This document shows, piece after piece, positions 1 to 9,825 of a stretch of DNA of 64,000 nt; position 1 is the first letter of the stretch, and every line of letters starts with the position of its first letter. Where the stretch lies: positions 32,001 to 96,000 of IMG/VR virus record IMGVR_UViG_3300047170_000049. One strand, 5' to 3'. The stretch comes from a virus. The translations under genes were made by a program, and so were the position numbers. Below the pieces are notes generated by a model that saw only the letters and a list, made by a program, of their open reading frames with translations, made no database searches and was not told where the DNA came from.

Positions 1-300
1 CTTGGTATCTGCTTGAGCAGTTCCACCAACAGTCATAGTAACGCTTAACGTGTTTCCACCAGCACTTGATGCAGTGATATTGCAGCTAAAAATAACTAAA
101 TACGTGCCAGCCGCTGGCGTTACCGTTGCACCGCCTATTACGCCTGCAGTCGTGCTTACAGTCAAAGCAGAGGTGCTGTTAACTTCATTGTTGGTTAAGC
201 CTTGAGCAACAGCATTTCCAGCGGAATTAACGGAAAGGGGTGCTCCAGCGGTAGCGCCAAAGATGTATTGACCTACAAATATTGTAGAGCCTTTAATCAT
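1..300 (-). CDS. partial virion/fibre-associated protein (runs off the window edge)
   Basis: ATG at 300 overlaps the TAA of the upstream gene (TAATG); frame open to position 1, MIKGSTIFVGQYIFGATAGAPLSV..., Thr/Ala/Gly-rich. Confidence 0.6.
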   Translation of the reverse strand, partial: MIKGSTIFVGQYIFGATAGAPLSVNSAGNAVAQGLTNNEVNSTSALTVSTTAGVIGGATVTPAAGTYLVIFSCNITASSAGGNTLSVTMTVGGTAQADTK

Positions 301-2609
301 TAGGTTAACTCCTGAATGCCTATATATGCAGCCGTTCCAGAAGTGATGGCGTAAATAGCTCCAGTAGAAAAAGAATATTCATCCATCCAAAACTTTTCGC
401 CAGGGAATAAAGTTATACCCAATTGGTATCCCGCTGCATTTCCATTAAAACCTAAAGATATTTGTTGTGCAGTTGTATTGCTTAGATACAAACCTTTTCG
501 GTTTGCGTTTGCGCCTAAGATTAAAGTTGATGTGGTACCGACCGATGCCGTAGTTGGTGCTGAAAAAGTTCTTGGCACTTTTGTAGACATCAATTGTGCG
601 CCATTGCCGTCTGAATTTAAAGCATTTCCAGAAGAATCAAGTATTTTGGTCGAAATATAACCGTTTGAATCAACCGTTAGTTTTCTCCAGGGATATGTGC
701 CGTCAGCAATTTCTGAATTTGCACCACTGGTATCTCCCAAAAAAACACCGTTATTTGTCAGCAATCCACTACTAGAAGGCGCACTAGAACCAGCAATGGC
801 AAGCATAGTAATAGGCAGATTATTTGCCGTTGGACCTGTAAGTCCTGTGCGCATTGTAGCCACAACGTTATTTAATTCGTCTATGGCCCAAAAAGCTAAA
901 TCGCCCCTAAAAAATACATAATATTTGTGTGCAAGGTTATCGGTAGGCTGTGCATTATTGCCAGAAGTTGAAAGGTCTTGAATTACATTTCTAGTTCCTG
1001 TAGAGTAGGTTACAGCATACATCTTTCCAGTTGTAGAAATTTCATAACCAATTCCGTTGGTAATTGGAGATGCTGCGGTAGGAGTAGCTGGCAGGTTTGC
1101 CATACCCCAAAACCTATAAGCGTTATTAATAACTGGAAACTCTACATTGATATCTGTCATGCTGGCTAAAAAGCCAGGAGACGTTTGTTTAAAAACTGCT
1201 TGAGTCTGTAAATAAGAATAACCGTTGGCAGTTGTGCCTGTCCCAAGCTGAGTATATCCTAGAGTACCAGTTGTGGCTGCAGAGCCACCACCAGCGGCTA
1301 CGGGCGTATTCCATCTATTCGTAGTATCAAGACCAACGTCAAAAGAATCAAAAAACAATTGTTTAGCAATGGCACCCATCGGACTTGTTTCCATGAGGGC
1401 AACTGCCATGTTTCCATATTGAGTTAATGCGCGTGGGGTAGCAGTGCCTTGTGGAATAAGTCTCGTTTGTACTCTTAAAAAAGTAGTAGAAAGAATTCCA
1501 GTATTGGTTATTAAAACTCTGTAATAAGTAGCTGCAGTATCAAAAGTTCTAGCGTCGGCAACGTTTGAGAAAGTGTAATACGTGTCTTTTATGTCCCAGT
1601 TTGTACCGTCAGGAGATTGTTGAACCTGTACAGTACATGGCTGGTCCGCAGATACAAGCACATCAATTAAACCCTCTGTGGGTGTGGTCTCTATTGTGCC
1701 TGTAAACGATGCACCGGCGGCAAGGTTTGTAGTGGTACTATTATTAGTTGACGTAATTATGCTTTGAACTGAACTAACTCTTAGATATTGATTACCATTA
1801 GTTGCTGTGTCAGAACCAATTGCGTTACCAGAACCATCAGAAAGCCAAGCAGATGTAAGGTTATTTGCAGCTACTAAGGAAATAGGCTGAACGGCAAAAA
1901 CTGAAGTAGATGCACGAATATTTACGTTTGCAGTGCCAGAAGTATAAGATGTAAATTGAATGGTAATACTTGCACTTGTTGGGAATCCAACTAATCTGTA
2001 GTTGCCATTTGTCGTTATATTTTGTTGCAGAACAGAGTTCAATAAGGGCTGGATGTAAAGTTGTTTTGAATCAAAAGGATTCTGGGCCAAGGCTGTTATG
2101 GTGCCGACCCATGTACCACCAATGTCAATGTTTATCGTACTAGTGCCATTAAGATTTGGTAACGTGACTACAGATGATAAGCTAGTTAAGGTTCCAGTAA
2201 TGTTAACATCGCTTGGACCAACTGTTTGACCGATATTAATGGTATTACTACCAGCACTGGAATTCCATGCGATAGCCGCTGTACCTGAAGTGTAAGCTGT
2301 CATTGCCAATCGAACTGATTGATAACCACCACAAGGTATTGTTAAAACTGTATTTGCAGTTAAGGTGCTAGTGGCCTGACCAGTAGTAAGAGAGTATGCT
2401 GTTAATGAGTTCCAGTTACCGTCGGCACTTAAGCATTGGATTGATAAAGTCCCAACCCAAGTACCAGTAATACTAAATATTACGGTAGAACAGCCGTTTG
2501 TGACCGCTGCAACGTTACCGTTAAGGGCAGCTATTGTGCCCGAACCACTTACGTCATAGTCGGCAACTGCTTGTGCTGGTGCATTATATGCTGTAGCGTC
2601 ACCTGACAT
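300..2609 (-). CDS. putative tail fibre/virion appendage protein, 769 aa
   Basis: T/S/G/N-rich beta-type composition; duplicated N-terminal domain (GTWVGT...YTSGTA x2); in late operon. Confidence 0.6.
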   Translation of the reverse strand: MSGDATAYNAPAQAVADYDVSGSGTIAALNGNVAAVTNGCSTVIFSITGTWVGTLSIQCLSADGNWNSLTAYSLTTGQATSTLTANTVLTIPCGGYQSVRLAMTAYTSGTAAIAWNSSAGSNTINIGQTVGPSDVNITGTLTSLSSVVTLPNLNGTSTINIDIGGTWVGTITALAQNPFDSKQLYIQPLLNSVLQQNITTNGNYRLVGFPTSASITIQFTSYTSGTANVNIRASTSVFAVQPISLVAANNLTSAWLSDGSGNAIGSDTATNGNQYLRVSSVQSIITSTNNSTTTNLAAGASFTGTIETTPTEGLIDVLVSADQPCTVQVQQSPDGTNWDIKDTYYTFSNVADARTFDTAATYYRVLITNTGILSTTFLRVQTRLIPQGTATPRALTQYGNMAVALMETSPMGAIAKQLFFDSFDVGLDTTNRWNTPVAAGGGSAATTGTLGYTQLGTGTTANGYSYLQTQAVFKQTSPGFLASMTDINVEFPVINNAYRFWGMANLPATPTAASPITNGIGYEISTTGKMYAVTYSTGTRNVIQDLSTSGNNAQPTDNLAHKYYVFFRGDLAFWAIDELNNVVATMRTGLTGPTANNLPITMLAIAGSSAPSSSGLLTNNGVFLGDTSGANSEIADGTYPWRKLTVDSNGYISTKILDSSGNALNSDGNGAQLMSTKVPRTFSAPTTASVGTTSTLILGANANRKGLYLSNTTAQQISLGFNGNAAGYQLGITLFPGEKFWMDEYSFSTGAIYAITSGTAAYIGIQELT

Positions 2610-2620
2610 TTAAACCTCAA

Positions 2621-3730
2621 TTAGGAAATTTGATTGCCTTCTACAGTTGCGTAGACGTTGAACACTTGAATTGGGTCTTCATTGGTGATGATGACGTTCA
2701 CTGTTCCAGCGGCTGCGATAGTAGGAGGTGCTGTGACCGTTAGGTCGATATTGGGATTAGAAGCTGAGTTGAATGCCACGAAAAGATTAGTAGAACCGTT
2801 TTGAACTACAGCTTTGATTGCTCCACGAGCACTTACGAAAACCCTTTCTAGAGAGAATGTGTGTCCAGTGGGCACGGTGTAAGTCAACGTTACGGAAGCT
2901 CCAACAGCTAAGTTAGCTGAAGTCAATGCGTTTTGAATTGGTGTGCCGACTGAGCCAGTGGTGATGGTAACTGGAACAGGATTTGAAACAGTGACGGCAG
3001 CATTCGCAACTTGTAAATTGGCAAGAACACTACCTAAAGCATTTGTGCCTGCAGGAAGTGGGCTGTTTGGTGATAGAGCCACAACTTCTGCAGCTTGAGT
3101 TGCGCCTGCAGCGGTGGAAGCTGGAGCAACTGCCACGGTATTTGTACCATCAGTTATTTTGACTGAACCGATGGTATTCGTACCAGCATTTAAGCCGACA
3201 GTACCGATTGAGTTTGTACCAGTAGGTACGGGTGAGTTAGGGCTTAATGCAACTACTTCGGCGGGTTGAGTTGCCGTTGCAGCGGTTGATGCTGGAGTCA
3301 CGCCAGCAACGTTAGTGCCGTCCGTGATTTCAACTTTACCGATAATATTTGTACCTGCAGGGAGTGCGGTAGCAATGTTTGTTTTTAAGTTACCTACGGC
3401 ATCTAATTGAAGAGCCGCTTGCTGAAGATTTGTAAGGGTGATACCTGCAGAGTTGTATTGGCCGCCAGAAAGCATCGACTTCGTGGCTGCAGTTCCAGGT
3501 TGAACTGAACCGTCGGATATGTCTTGTGTAACCCAAGGTGATGTGGATTGAATGACGGTAACGATGTCCGCTGCAGTTAATGCACGAATTTGACGTGGGT
3601 CAATTTGAACACCACCAACGTCAATACCAACGTCTAGTGCTCTTTGCGCTCCGTTTACCTGAGATGTGACGCCGTTGTCACTTGAATCATATAAACTTAT
3701 TGGCTGAAAGCCACCTGCATCACCACTCAT
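2621..3730 (-). CDS. putative fibre/virion protein with GTNxIGxV repeats
   Basis: Four GTN-x-(I/L)G-x-V repeats and duplicated PASTAA-ATQ-AEVVALSPNSP. Confidence 0.6.
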   Translation of the reverse strand: MSGDAGGFQPISLYDSSDNGVTSQVNGAQRALDVGIDVGGVQIDPRQIRALTAADIVTVIQSTSPWVTQDISDGSVQPGTAATKSMLSGGQYNSAGITLTNLQQAALQLDAVGNLKTNIATALPAGTNIIGKVEITDGTNVAGVTPASTAATATQPAEVVALSPNSPVPTGTNSIGTVGLNAGTNTIGSVKITDGTNTVAVAPASTAAGATQAAEVVALSPNSPLPAGTNALGSVLANLQVANAAVTVSNPVPVTITTGSVGTPIQNALTSANLAVGASVTLTYTVPTGHTFSLERVFVSARGAIKAVVQNGSTNLFVAFNSASNPNIDLTVTAPPTIAAAGTVNVIITNEDPIQVFNVYATVEGNQIS

Positions 3731-3742
3731 TACTAATACCCC

Positions 3743-3952
3743 TTATTTTCCTTGTAATTTCAAAGCTTTTTCAGCTTCTGCAATTTTAATTTCTAACTCA
3801 GCTTCCGTTGCAAGTTGAACGTCGATAGTCTTTTGAATTCGAGCAATTTCGTCTTTTCGTTCGTCTTGGGTTAATTCCATACCCATACGAGCCGCTGCAA
3901 CTTGAGCTTTTTGGACTTTTAATTTTTTTAGGTCTAATTCTGTAACTGCCAT
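3743..3952 (-). CDS. small coiled-coil late protein
   Basis: Heptad-rich ORF directly downstream of a late-promoter motif, RBS GAGG. Confidence 0.6.
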   Translation of the reverse strand: MAVTELDLKKLKVQKAQVAAARMGMELTQDERKDEIARIQKTIDVQLATEAELEIKIAEAEKALKLQGK

Positions 3953-3972
3953 ATATAGCCTCTGTGATTATA

Positions 3973-4003
3973 ATTAAGATTTTAACCTAACTATGTGAAA
4001 TAA
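3973..4003 (-). promoter_or_regulatory. late promoter motif copy 1
   Basis: + strand ATTAAGATTT-TAACC-TAA-CTATG-TGAAAT; one of 12 intergenic copies upstream of structural genes. Confidence 0.7.
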
Positions 4004-4009
4004 CTGCTT

Positions 4010-4891
4010 TTATTCTGTCACTTCCACTGCTTGGATTCTTGCTTCAAAGTCTGCAGCACTTGGCCTATTGTGTATTACCCAAACCTGGACCACATCTTCT
4101 GGATTTAAACTCAAGCCACGGGTCGGTTCGTCCGATATGAATTCAGACACAGCATTGAAATCACCCCAATAGGTACGCTTTCTAGCTGAAACCACTGAGT
4201 TAATTTGAATATCGAAGGTAGCGACGTTTTCGCCGCTCATCTCTATTCTTTGCAAATAAGAATTTGTAACGGCCATTGGTACGGTATATGTAGCTACCAA
4301 TGTAGAGATGCCTGAAGGTACGGAGGTAATCTCATTAAACACTGACTTTATGACTTCAACGCCACCAGTGCCAGTTTGAGTAATAACGTTGATTGACCCA
4401 TCGGCATTGACTTTGACTTCATTACCCGACCCGTCACCTGAAGCAATTTTAACCACGTTAGGGAAAGATGATGTGAAGGCGACTGGAAGTGGGTTTGAGT
4501 TAGAATAGCCATTACCAAAGAAATCGACGTTGAATGTGCGAATGGCTACCGTAGGGTCGCGTTGATAGACGGCTTTGATGATTTCATCAGGTGGAGGGCC
4601 GCTAGGCTTGACTTGCATCGCAGCCGATAAGATGGCGTTATCACTGACTAAGTAGGCGCTAACATCAACGGGTGGGGCATTAATGCCTTTACCAATGGGG
4701 CCTACGACTAATTCTGTGGAGCTTAAAACGTATTTGACTTCGACTGAAAGGTTAGGTTGGGTGTTGGACGTAAGTAAGACTAGTGACTTATTGAAAAGAC
4801 CAGTAGTATCGGCTACTTCTATGATACCTTGTACTGTCCCGTTGGCAGTAAAAGGTTCTCTTACCGCTTCCCAGCTTTTCTCTAAAGCCAT
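4010..4891 (-). CDS. putative virion structural protein
   Basis: Beta-rich; downstream of late-promoter motif; C-terminal domain resembles that of 2621..3730 (TYTVP...LxR). Confidence 0.55.
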   Translation of the reverse strand: MALEKSWEAVREPFTANGTVQGIIEVADTTGLFNKSLVLLTSNTQPNLSVEVKYVLSSTELVVGPIGKGINAPPVDVSAYLVSDNAILSAAMQVKPSGPPPDEIIKAVYQRDPTVAIRTFNVDFFGNGYSNSNPLPVAFTSSFPNVVKIASGDGSGNEVKVNADGSINVITQTGTGGVEVIKSVFNEITSVPSGISTLVATYTVPMAVTNSYLQRIEMSGENVATFDIQINSVVSARKRTYWGDFNAVSEFISDEPTRGLSLNPEDVVQVWVIHNRPSAADFEARIQAVEVTE

Positions 4892-4942
4892 TTATTCACC
4901 ATGTCCCAAACACCACTACCCATGTAGAGGCTTACCTAATGT

Positions 4943-4973
4943 ATTAAGATTTTCGTCTAAGGACCTGATTTTA
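4943..4973 (-). promoter_or_regulatory. late promoter motif copy 2
   Basis: ATTAAGATTT-TCGTC-TAA-GGACC-TGATTT. Confidence 0.75.
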
Positions 4974-5035
4974 TTAAAGAATTAACTGTATTAGTTTTAT
5001 ATTTTTATTTTCCTATTTTCCTTAACATTGGTGAT

Positions 5036-5224
5036 ATGTATATGGTGAGGGAGAAACAAATGACGATTGATAATAAAACTAAGATTGAGCGTTTGAAAGT
5101 AACCTTGGCCCTTTGTGAGATAGCCCTGGAAGAGGGCTGGGATGTAATGAGCGAACAAATTAAACGTATGAAAGCGGAGATGAAAGTTCTTGTTGGCAAA
5201 AAGACTAAGCGTAAGAATTCTTAA
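5036..5224 (+). CDS. hypothetical protein (probable start ATG 5060)
   Basis: RBS GAGGGAG before ATG; first gene of plus-strand block. Confidence 0.5.
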   Translation: MYMVREKQMTIDNKTKIERLKVTLALCEIALEEGWDVMSEQIKRMKAEMKVLVGKKTKRKNS

Positions 5225-5921
5225 GCTGACTTTAGTTTCAGCATTTATACTCAGCGTGATTTTTCACGGTGTGAGTATGTGTATTGTATTGAAGACGCCC
5301 TTGAAGAAAAAATCATCACCCATTGAAGTGACGATTCAAGAAGGCAAGCAAGCGCCTAAAGGTGAAGTGAAGCCTAAGCAAGGTGATGGCCCTAGAGAAT
5401 TAAGCGATAAAGAAAAAGCTGCATTAGCTGAAAAGGCTGCGAAAGCTCAAGCCGAAGCAATGTCTAAGGCCCGTGCTGAAGCTAGAAAGATGGCTCAACA
5501 ACAATTAGCTGCATTGGGGATGCTTCATAAGCAATTCCCTGAACTATTTGGTAACCACAATCACGTCTTAGAAAAAGTCCCTGGAATCATGGGTAAACCT
5601 AATACGCGAAGAACTGGTTATTACGGCATTGGGATTGAAGATGCTAAATGGCAAGACGTTATTTTTAACGGACAAATTATCCATGGTTCTGAGGTCACAC
5701 AAGTATTTGCAGGCTACCCTGCCGATGAAAACGGTATTTTAGTAGGCGATGTTATTGTGGAAGTTGACGGACACTTGGGACCAAGCGGCCAGGCAATTAT
5801 CATAGGTGAATCTGATGCGCCCATTCATTTAACCATATGGCGCAACGGAAGAATTATTGAATTTAGCTTTAAGAGAGGATGGGTTGTTACTGATGGAACG
5901 TCGGGCCGTCGTAATCCTTAA
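5190..5921 (+). CDS. membrane-anchored PDZ-domain protein
   Basis: N-terminal hydrophobic helix, Ala/Lys-rich helical linker, PDZ motifs YYGIGI...VFAGYPADENGILVGDVIVEVDG...LTIWRNG. Confidence 0.7.
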   Translation: MLAKRLSVRILKLTLVSAFILSVIFHGVSMCIVLKTPLKKKSSPIEVTIQEGKQAPKGEVKPKQGDGPRELSDKEKAALAEKAAKAQAEAMSKARAEARKMAQQQLAALGMLHKQFPELFGNHNHVLEKVPGIMGKPNTRRTGYYGIGIEDAKWQDVIFNGQIIHGSEVTQVFAGYPADENGILVGDVIVEVDGHLGPSGQAIIIGESDAPIHLTIWRNGRIIEFSFKRGWVVTDGTSGRRNP

Positions 5922-6025
5922 ACATAGACGCGATAAGAAGATACGTCAAAGGCGAGTGCAAAATACACTGGCCAGTTTGTTTTTCTCTGCATTAGTTTTA
6001 GCCATTAGCTGTATGGGAGTGTGGA

Positions 6026-6373
6026 TTGTCAAATCGGGTTTTTAACTACGGAAAGGCGAATATTACTTTAAGTGGCGTGCCGTTGCCTTCAGGAAATAAC
6101 AATATTGGGTCTATATTAAATAGTCCCGCTATTACCAACACAGGTTTTTACGTTGCCACAGTTTGGCCATACTTAGGCCATAGAGGGCCTGCTTCCATAA
6201 CGGAAACCATAAGTGATTACGGTGTTGGCTATAAAACTTATTATTATTGGATAGATATGATTGATACTGGGATTAAGCAAGAGGTAGACAACATTCAAAA
6301 TCAACTTTTTAAGCCACACGAACGATTGTTGAGTTTGGATTGCTTACCTTTAGCCGAACTACTCTTTGGATAG
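6026..6373 (+). CDS. hypothetical protein, LxxLLF C-terminal family
   Basis: Ends PLAELLFG*. Confidence 0.55.
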   Translation: MSNRVFNYGKANITLSGVPLPSGNNNIGSILNSPAITNTGFYVATVWPYLGHRGPASITETISDYGVGYKTYYYWIDMIDTGIKQEVDNIQNQLFKPHERLLSLDCLPLAELLFG

Positions 6374-6381
6374 GATTTACT

Positions 6382-6966
6382 ATGAGTAATTTTGATATTG
6401 CCACCCACGAGTTTGAATTTAAGTACGATGCGACTGGCGTTAAGCTAGGTAAATTCAAAGCATTTGCTGAAAAGCACGACCCACTTCGTTTCATTGAAGT
6501 GGCAAGCTGGGATACCTACTACGCCAATAAAGACACTAAGAGCAATATTGAATTCATGCGCTTCAGGCAAGGTCCAAGTCCAGAATTGACCATTAAATCC
6601 AAGCTTAACGAAAATAACAACAATAAGCGTATTGAGATTGACCTTCCTTTGGATAACCACCGCTTGAACGAGAGTGTGGTTAAAGCTTATTGCGATAGCA
6701 TGGGCTTTGAAGAGAACTTTAGGCTTTACAAGGTGTGCTTCATCTATTTCTACGAGAAGGTCGATATTGTTTATTACATTTCCTACAATGAAGAAATGAA
6801 GGAAGTAGGCCGCTACGTTGAAGTTGAGGCCCGTAAGGACGTTGCGTTCGACACCTCAGAAGAGGCTTGGGATGCCGTCATTCAATTTGAACAAAAACTA
6901 GCATATTTAGGAATTACTCCACAGAACCGTATGAAGAAGTCCCAATGGGAAATAAATCGAAAGTAA
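6382..6966 (+). CDS. CYTH-domain (triphosphate tunnel metalloenzyme) protein
   Basis: EFEFKY, DTYY, RFR, ELTIK, RIEIDL, YVEVEA motifs; ATG 6382 with RBS AGGA. Confidence 0.8.
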   Translation: MSNFDIATHEFEFKYDATGVKLGKFKAFAEKHDPLRFIEVASWDTYYANKDTKSNIEFMRFRQGPSPELTIKSKLNENNNNKRIEIDLPLDNHRLNESVVKAYCDSMGFEENFRLYKVCFIYFYEKVDIVYYISYNEEMKEVGRYVEVEARKDVAFDTSEEAWDAVIQFEQKLAYLGITPQNRMKKSQWEINRK

Positions 6967-7187
6967 GCCGTCGCATCAAGCGCGGCGACATTTTTAAACT
7001 AGCTAATGGCTTATTTTTAAAAGTGACTAAGATTAACAAGACCATAGACGGTACTTGGTACTCAGTTAAGCCGCTCTTCATCGAAGATGAGCCTTATGGT
7101 GTGTATGGAGAATACTTCTCTTCAAAACATATGAAGAAAGTGAAACTAAACCGCTTGGAGAAGCTTTTGCTTAAGTTGTTATTATGA
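6945..7187 (+). CDS. small SH3/KOW-like protein, LxxLL family
   Basis: IKRGDIF start; ends EKLLLKLLL*. Confidence 0.55.
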   Translation: MGNKSKVSRRIKRGDIFKLANGLFLKVTKINKTIDGTWYSVKPLFIEDEPYGVYGEYFSSKHMKKVKLNRLEKLLLKLLL

Positions 7188-7528
7188 AAAAACCAATCGA
7201 CATAAAAATAGAGCGCGTTCTTCCCTACGATAATCACATATTAGATTCCGTACATTACTTATCCAAGACGTTGGACATAAAAGACCTGGAAGAGGCTGCG
7301 CAAGCCGCTATAGCAAACATGGGCACTCCAGACCGCTTCATCTTAGACCCTCTTACGGCCAAGGCTTACGCACAAGCGGCTGGTATTGACTGGGCTTGGC
7401 ATTCATTAAAGTGGGAAAAACTCAAAGCCAAACTCCCAGGCTTACCTGAAAACATATCCGATGAGCAAATAGATGAAATGGGCCGTGCAGAAAAGAAACT
7501 AGCGAAGATTCTGTATGGGAAGACCTAA
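7184..7528 (+). CDS. hypothetical protein, LxxLLF/Y family
   Basis: Ends EKKLAKILYGKT*; ATGA overlap. Confidence 0.6.
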   Translation: MKKPIDIKIERVLPYDNHILDSVHYLSKTLDIKDLEEAAQAAIANMGTPDRFILDPLTAKAYAQAAGIDWAWHSLKWEKLKAKLPGLPENISDEQIDEMGRAEKKLAKILYGKT

Positions 7529-7784
7529 GAAGCCGCTGCATTTTCACATAGGCCAAATGCTGGTTTGCTGGCCAAATGGCAAGCTTAAGAACTTTCATTT
7601 AGTTAAGGTTACAGACTACCATTCTAATACGCATTACGATGTTATGGTTTTAAAAGGTTACGGCCATAAACCAGGTAAAATAGTTGCTTGGACCCGTCAA
7701 TTCGTGGAAGAAAATTTCTTTACATGCGATAGTGAAGAACAGGCGGCATTAATCGAAGAAATGGCCAAGGTGTTGTTTGCATAG
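7515..7784 (+). CDS. small SH3/KOW-like protein, LxxLLF family
   Basis: FHIGQML start; ends EEMAKVLFA*. Confidence 0.6.
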   Translation: MGRPKKPLHFHIGQMLVCWPNGKLKNFHLVKVTDYHSNTHYDVMVLKGYGHKPGKIVAWTRQFVEENFFTCDSEEQAALIEEMAKVLFA

Positions 7785-8025
7785 CCTATTTGACCCATCT
7801 CTTAGCATTGGTGATACTGTAATCGGCAGAGATGATTATTCAGTTTTTATAGGACAAATTGTTGACATACACGAACACGAATATGAGCTTCATTCACTAT
7901 ATGACTCCGACGGTAATTCTTGGCGTGAAGGAACTATAGAGCTTTCATTTAACTATCGTTTACATTTCCCACTACGCTTAGTCACGCCTGAAGAGCTAGA
8001 ATTATTTCGTCTATTGTTTAAATAA
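7777..8025 (+). CDS. small SH3/KOW-like protein, LxxLLF family
   Basis: LSIGDTV start; ends EELELFRLLFK*. Confidence 0.6.
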   Translation: MHSLFDPSLSIGDTVIGRDDYSVFIGQIVDIHEHEYELHSLYDSDGNSWREGTIELSFNYRLHFPLRLVTPEELELFRLLFK

Positions 8026-8087
8026 ATTCCAACCGTCCACTGCATTTTGTAATATACTTAATGTAATCAATAAAACAAGGAGTCAAA

Positions 8088-9713
8088 ATGAAACAGCCTT
8101 ACGACGTGTTTACGTCAAAATTCGCGCAGGATATTTACCTTCAAAAATACTCTAAAGATGGTGTCGAGACATGGGCGGACACCGCCAAGCGAGTTACTGA
8201 TGCAGTATGCTCACAACTGCTTGACGCCAAATCCCGTGAAAAGATTTACCACATCATTCTAGAGAGAAAATTCATTCCAGGTGGAAGATACCTTTATTCT
8301 GCAGGTAGGGAATTCCATCAAGTAAATAATTGCTTCTTATTCCGTGCAGAAGACTCACGCGAATCATGGGCTGATACCATGCAAAAAATAACGGCAAGCT
8401 TAATGACTGGTGGAGGGATTGGGGTTGAATACTCTAAGCTCCGTGCTGAAGGCGAAATAATTCGTCGTACTGGTGGAACGTCCACTGGCCCTATTGCCTT
8501 GATGAACATGGTCAATGAAGCTGGACGATACATAATGCAAGGTGGTCAGCGTCGTAGTGCTATATGGGCTGGTCTTAATTGGTCACACAAAGACGTTTCA
8601 AAATTCATTCACTTAAAAGACTACTCCGAGGCACTAAAAGGTGCGAAACTTGCTGATTTCAACTTTCCACTTCCAATGGAGTTAACCAATATATCTGTAG
8701 TCTACGACACTGAATTTTTCATTGCCGTAGAAAATGAAAACCACCCCAAGCATCAAGAAGCCCTCAAAGTCTGGTTGGATAACTGCCGACAAGCATTTTC
8801 AAGTGCTGAACCTGGTATGAGCTTTAACTTCACTAAAGATAATGAAAACCTACGCAATGCCTGCACGGAAGTAGTCTCAGAAGAGGATAGCGATAAGTGT
8901 AATCTTGGCACCATATGGATGAACCGTATTAAAGACAAAAAAGAATTAGCTGAAGTAACCAAGTATGCTACTTTATTTCTTTTGTGCGGTGGGATTTACT
9001 CAGACATTCCCACCCAACGTATTAGAGAAATTGGCGTTAAGAATAACCGTATTGGTTTAGGGTTGGGTGGAATCCACGAATGGCTTATGTCTCGTGGGTT
9101 AGAGTATGAAGTGAACCCTGAACTACACAAATGGCTTTCTATTTACGAGCAAGAATCTGACTCAGCGGCTTTCGTAGGCTCTAAACAACTTGGAGTTGCC
9201 GTCCCTAAAGGCGTGCGTGCAATTGCACCCACTGGCACTATTGGAATCATTGCTGAGACCACAACGGGCATTGAGCCTTTATTTTGCAAAGCATACAAGC
9301 GTCGTTACTTTAAAGAAGGTAAATGGATGTTCCAGTATGTAGTGGACGGTGCCGTGAAGCGTCTTCTGGACCAAGGCGTGAAAATTGAGCACATAAAAGA
9401 CTCATATGACTTAACTTTTAAGCAAAGGGTGAAATTCCAAGCCGATGTTCAAAACTATGTGGACATGGCAATTTCTTCTACTTGCAACATGCCTAAGTGG
9501 GGCTCAGAAGAAAATAGTGAGTCTAATTATGAAAAGAACGCTAATACACTACTTAAGTACGCGAAACGACTTAGGGGTTTTACCGTTTACCCAGATGAAT
9601 CTCGTGGAGGCCAGCCTTTAACGCGAGTTGACCTACAGGAAGCTCTTAAGGACGAAGGTAGGGTATTTGAAGAGACTGTAAACGAATGTATTAATGGCGT
9701 GTGTGGAATTTAA
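8088..9713 (+). CDS. nrdJ: ribonucleotide reductase, class II (B12-dependent), compact
   Basis: FIPGGRYL, NCF, GGQRRSA, NACTE, CNLG, APTGTI, ISST motifs and C-terminal CxxxxC; no beta subunit adjacent; RBS AGGAG. Confidence 0.85.
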   Translation: MKQPYDVFTSKFAQDIYLQKYSKDGVETWADTAKRVTDAVCSQLLDAKSREKIYHIILERKFIPGGRYLYSAGREFHQVNNCFLFRAEDSRESWADTMQKITASLMTGGGIGVEYSKLRAEGEIIRRTGGTSTGPIALMNMVNEAGRYIMQGGQRRSAIWAGLNWSHKDVSKFIHLKDYSEALKGAKLADFNFPLPMELTNISVVYDTEFFIAVENENHPKHQEALKVWLDNCRQAFSSAEPGMSFNFTKDNENLRNACTEVVSEEDSDKCNLGTIWMNRIKDKKELAEVTKYATLFLLCGGIYSDIPTQRIREIGVKNNRIGLGLGGIHEWLMSRGLEYEVNPELHKWLSIYEQESDSAAFVGSKQLGVAVPKGVRAIAPTGTIGIIAETTTGIEPLFCKAYKRRYFKEGKWMFQYVVDGAVKRLLDQGVKIEHIKDSYDLTFKQRVKFQADVQNYVDMAISSTCNMPKWGSEENSESNYEKNANTLLKYAKRLRGFTVYPDESRGGQPLTRVDLQEALKDEGRVFEETVNECINGVCGI

Positions 9714-9825
9714 AAATTAGTTTGCTTATTTCTTAAAGTGTGTTAAATTAAAGACTGATTGACCTCCCCTAACCCTGACATGCCTGCCCGTGGGCGGCTT
9801 TCCCCAAAGCCAACACGGGTATCGA

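Noticed and set aside
300-4891. Diversity-generating retroelement targeting fibre genes
   Set aside because: No reverse transcriptase and no adenine-specific TR/VR pair seen; the repeats are in-frame domain duplications
5857-6045. Small ORF with C-terminal hydrophobic helix
   Set aside because: Plausible from ATG 5893, but overlaps both neighbours and has no motif; too uncertain to list
8088-9713. Intron/intein in nrdJ (also checked thyA and terL)
   Set aside because: ORFs are continuous and of normal or compact length, with no intein or homing-endonuclease motifs
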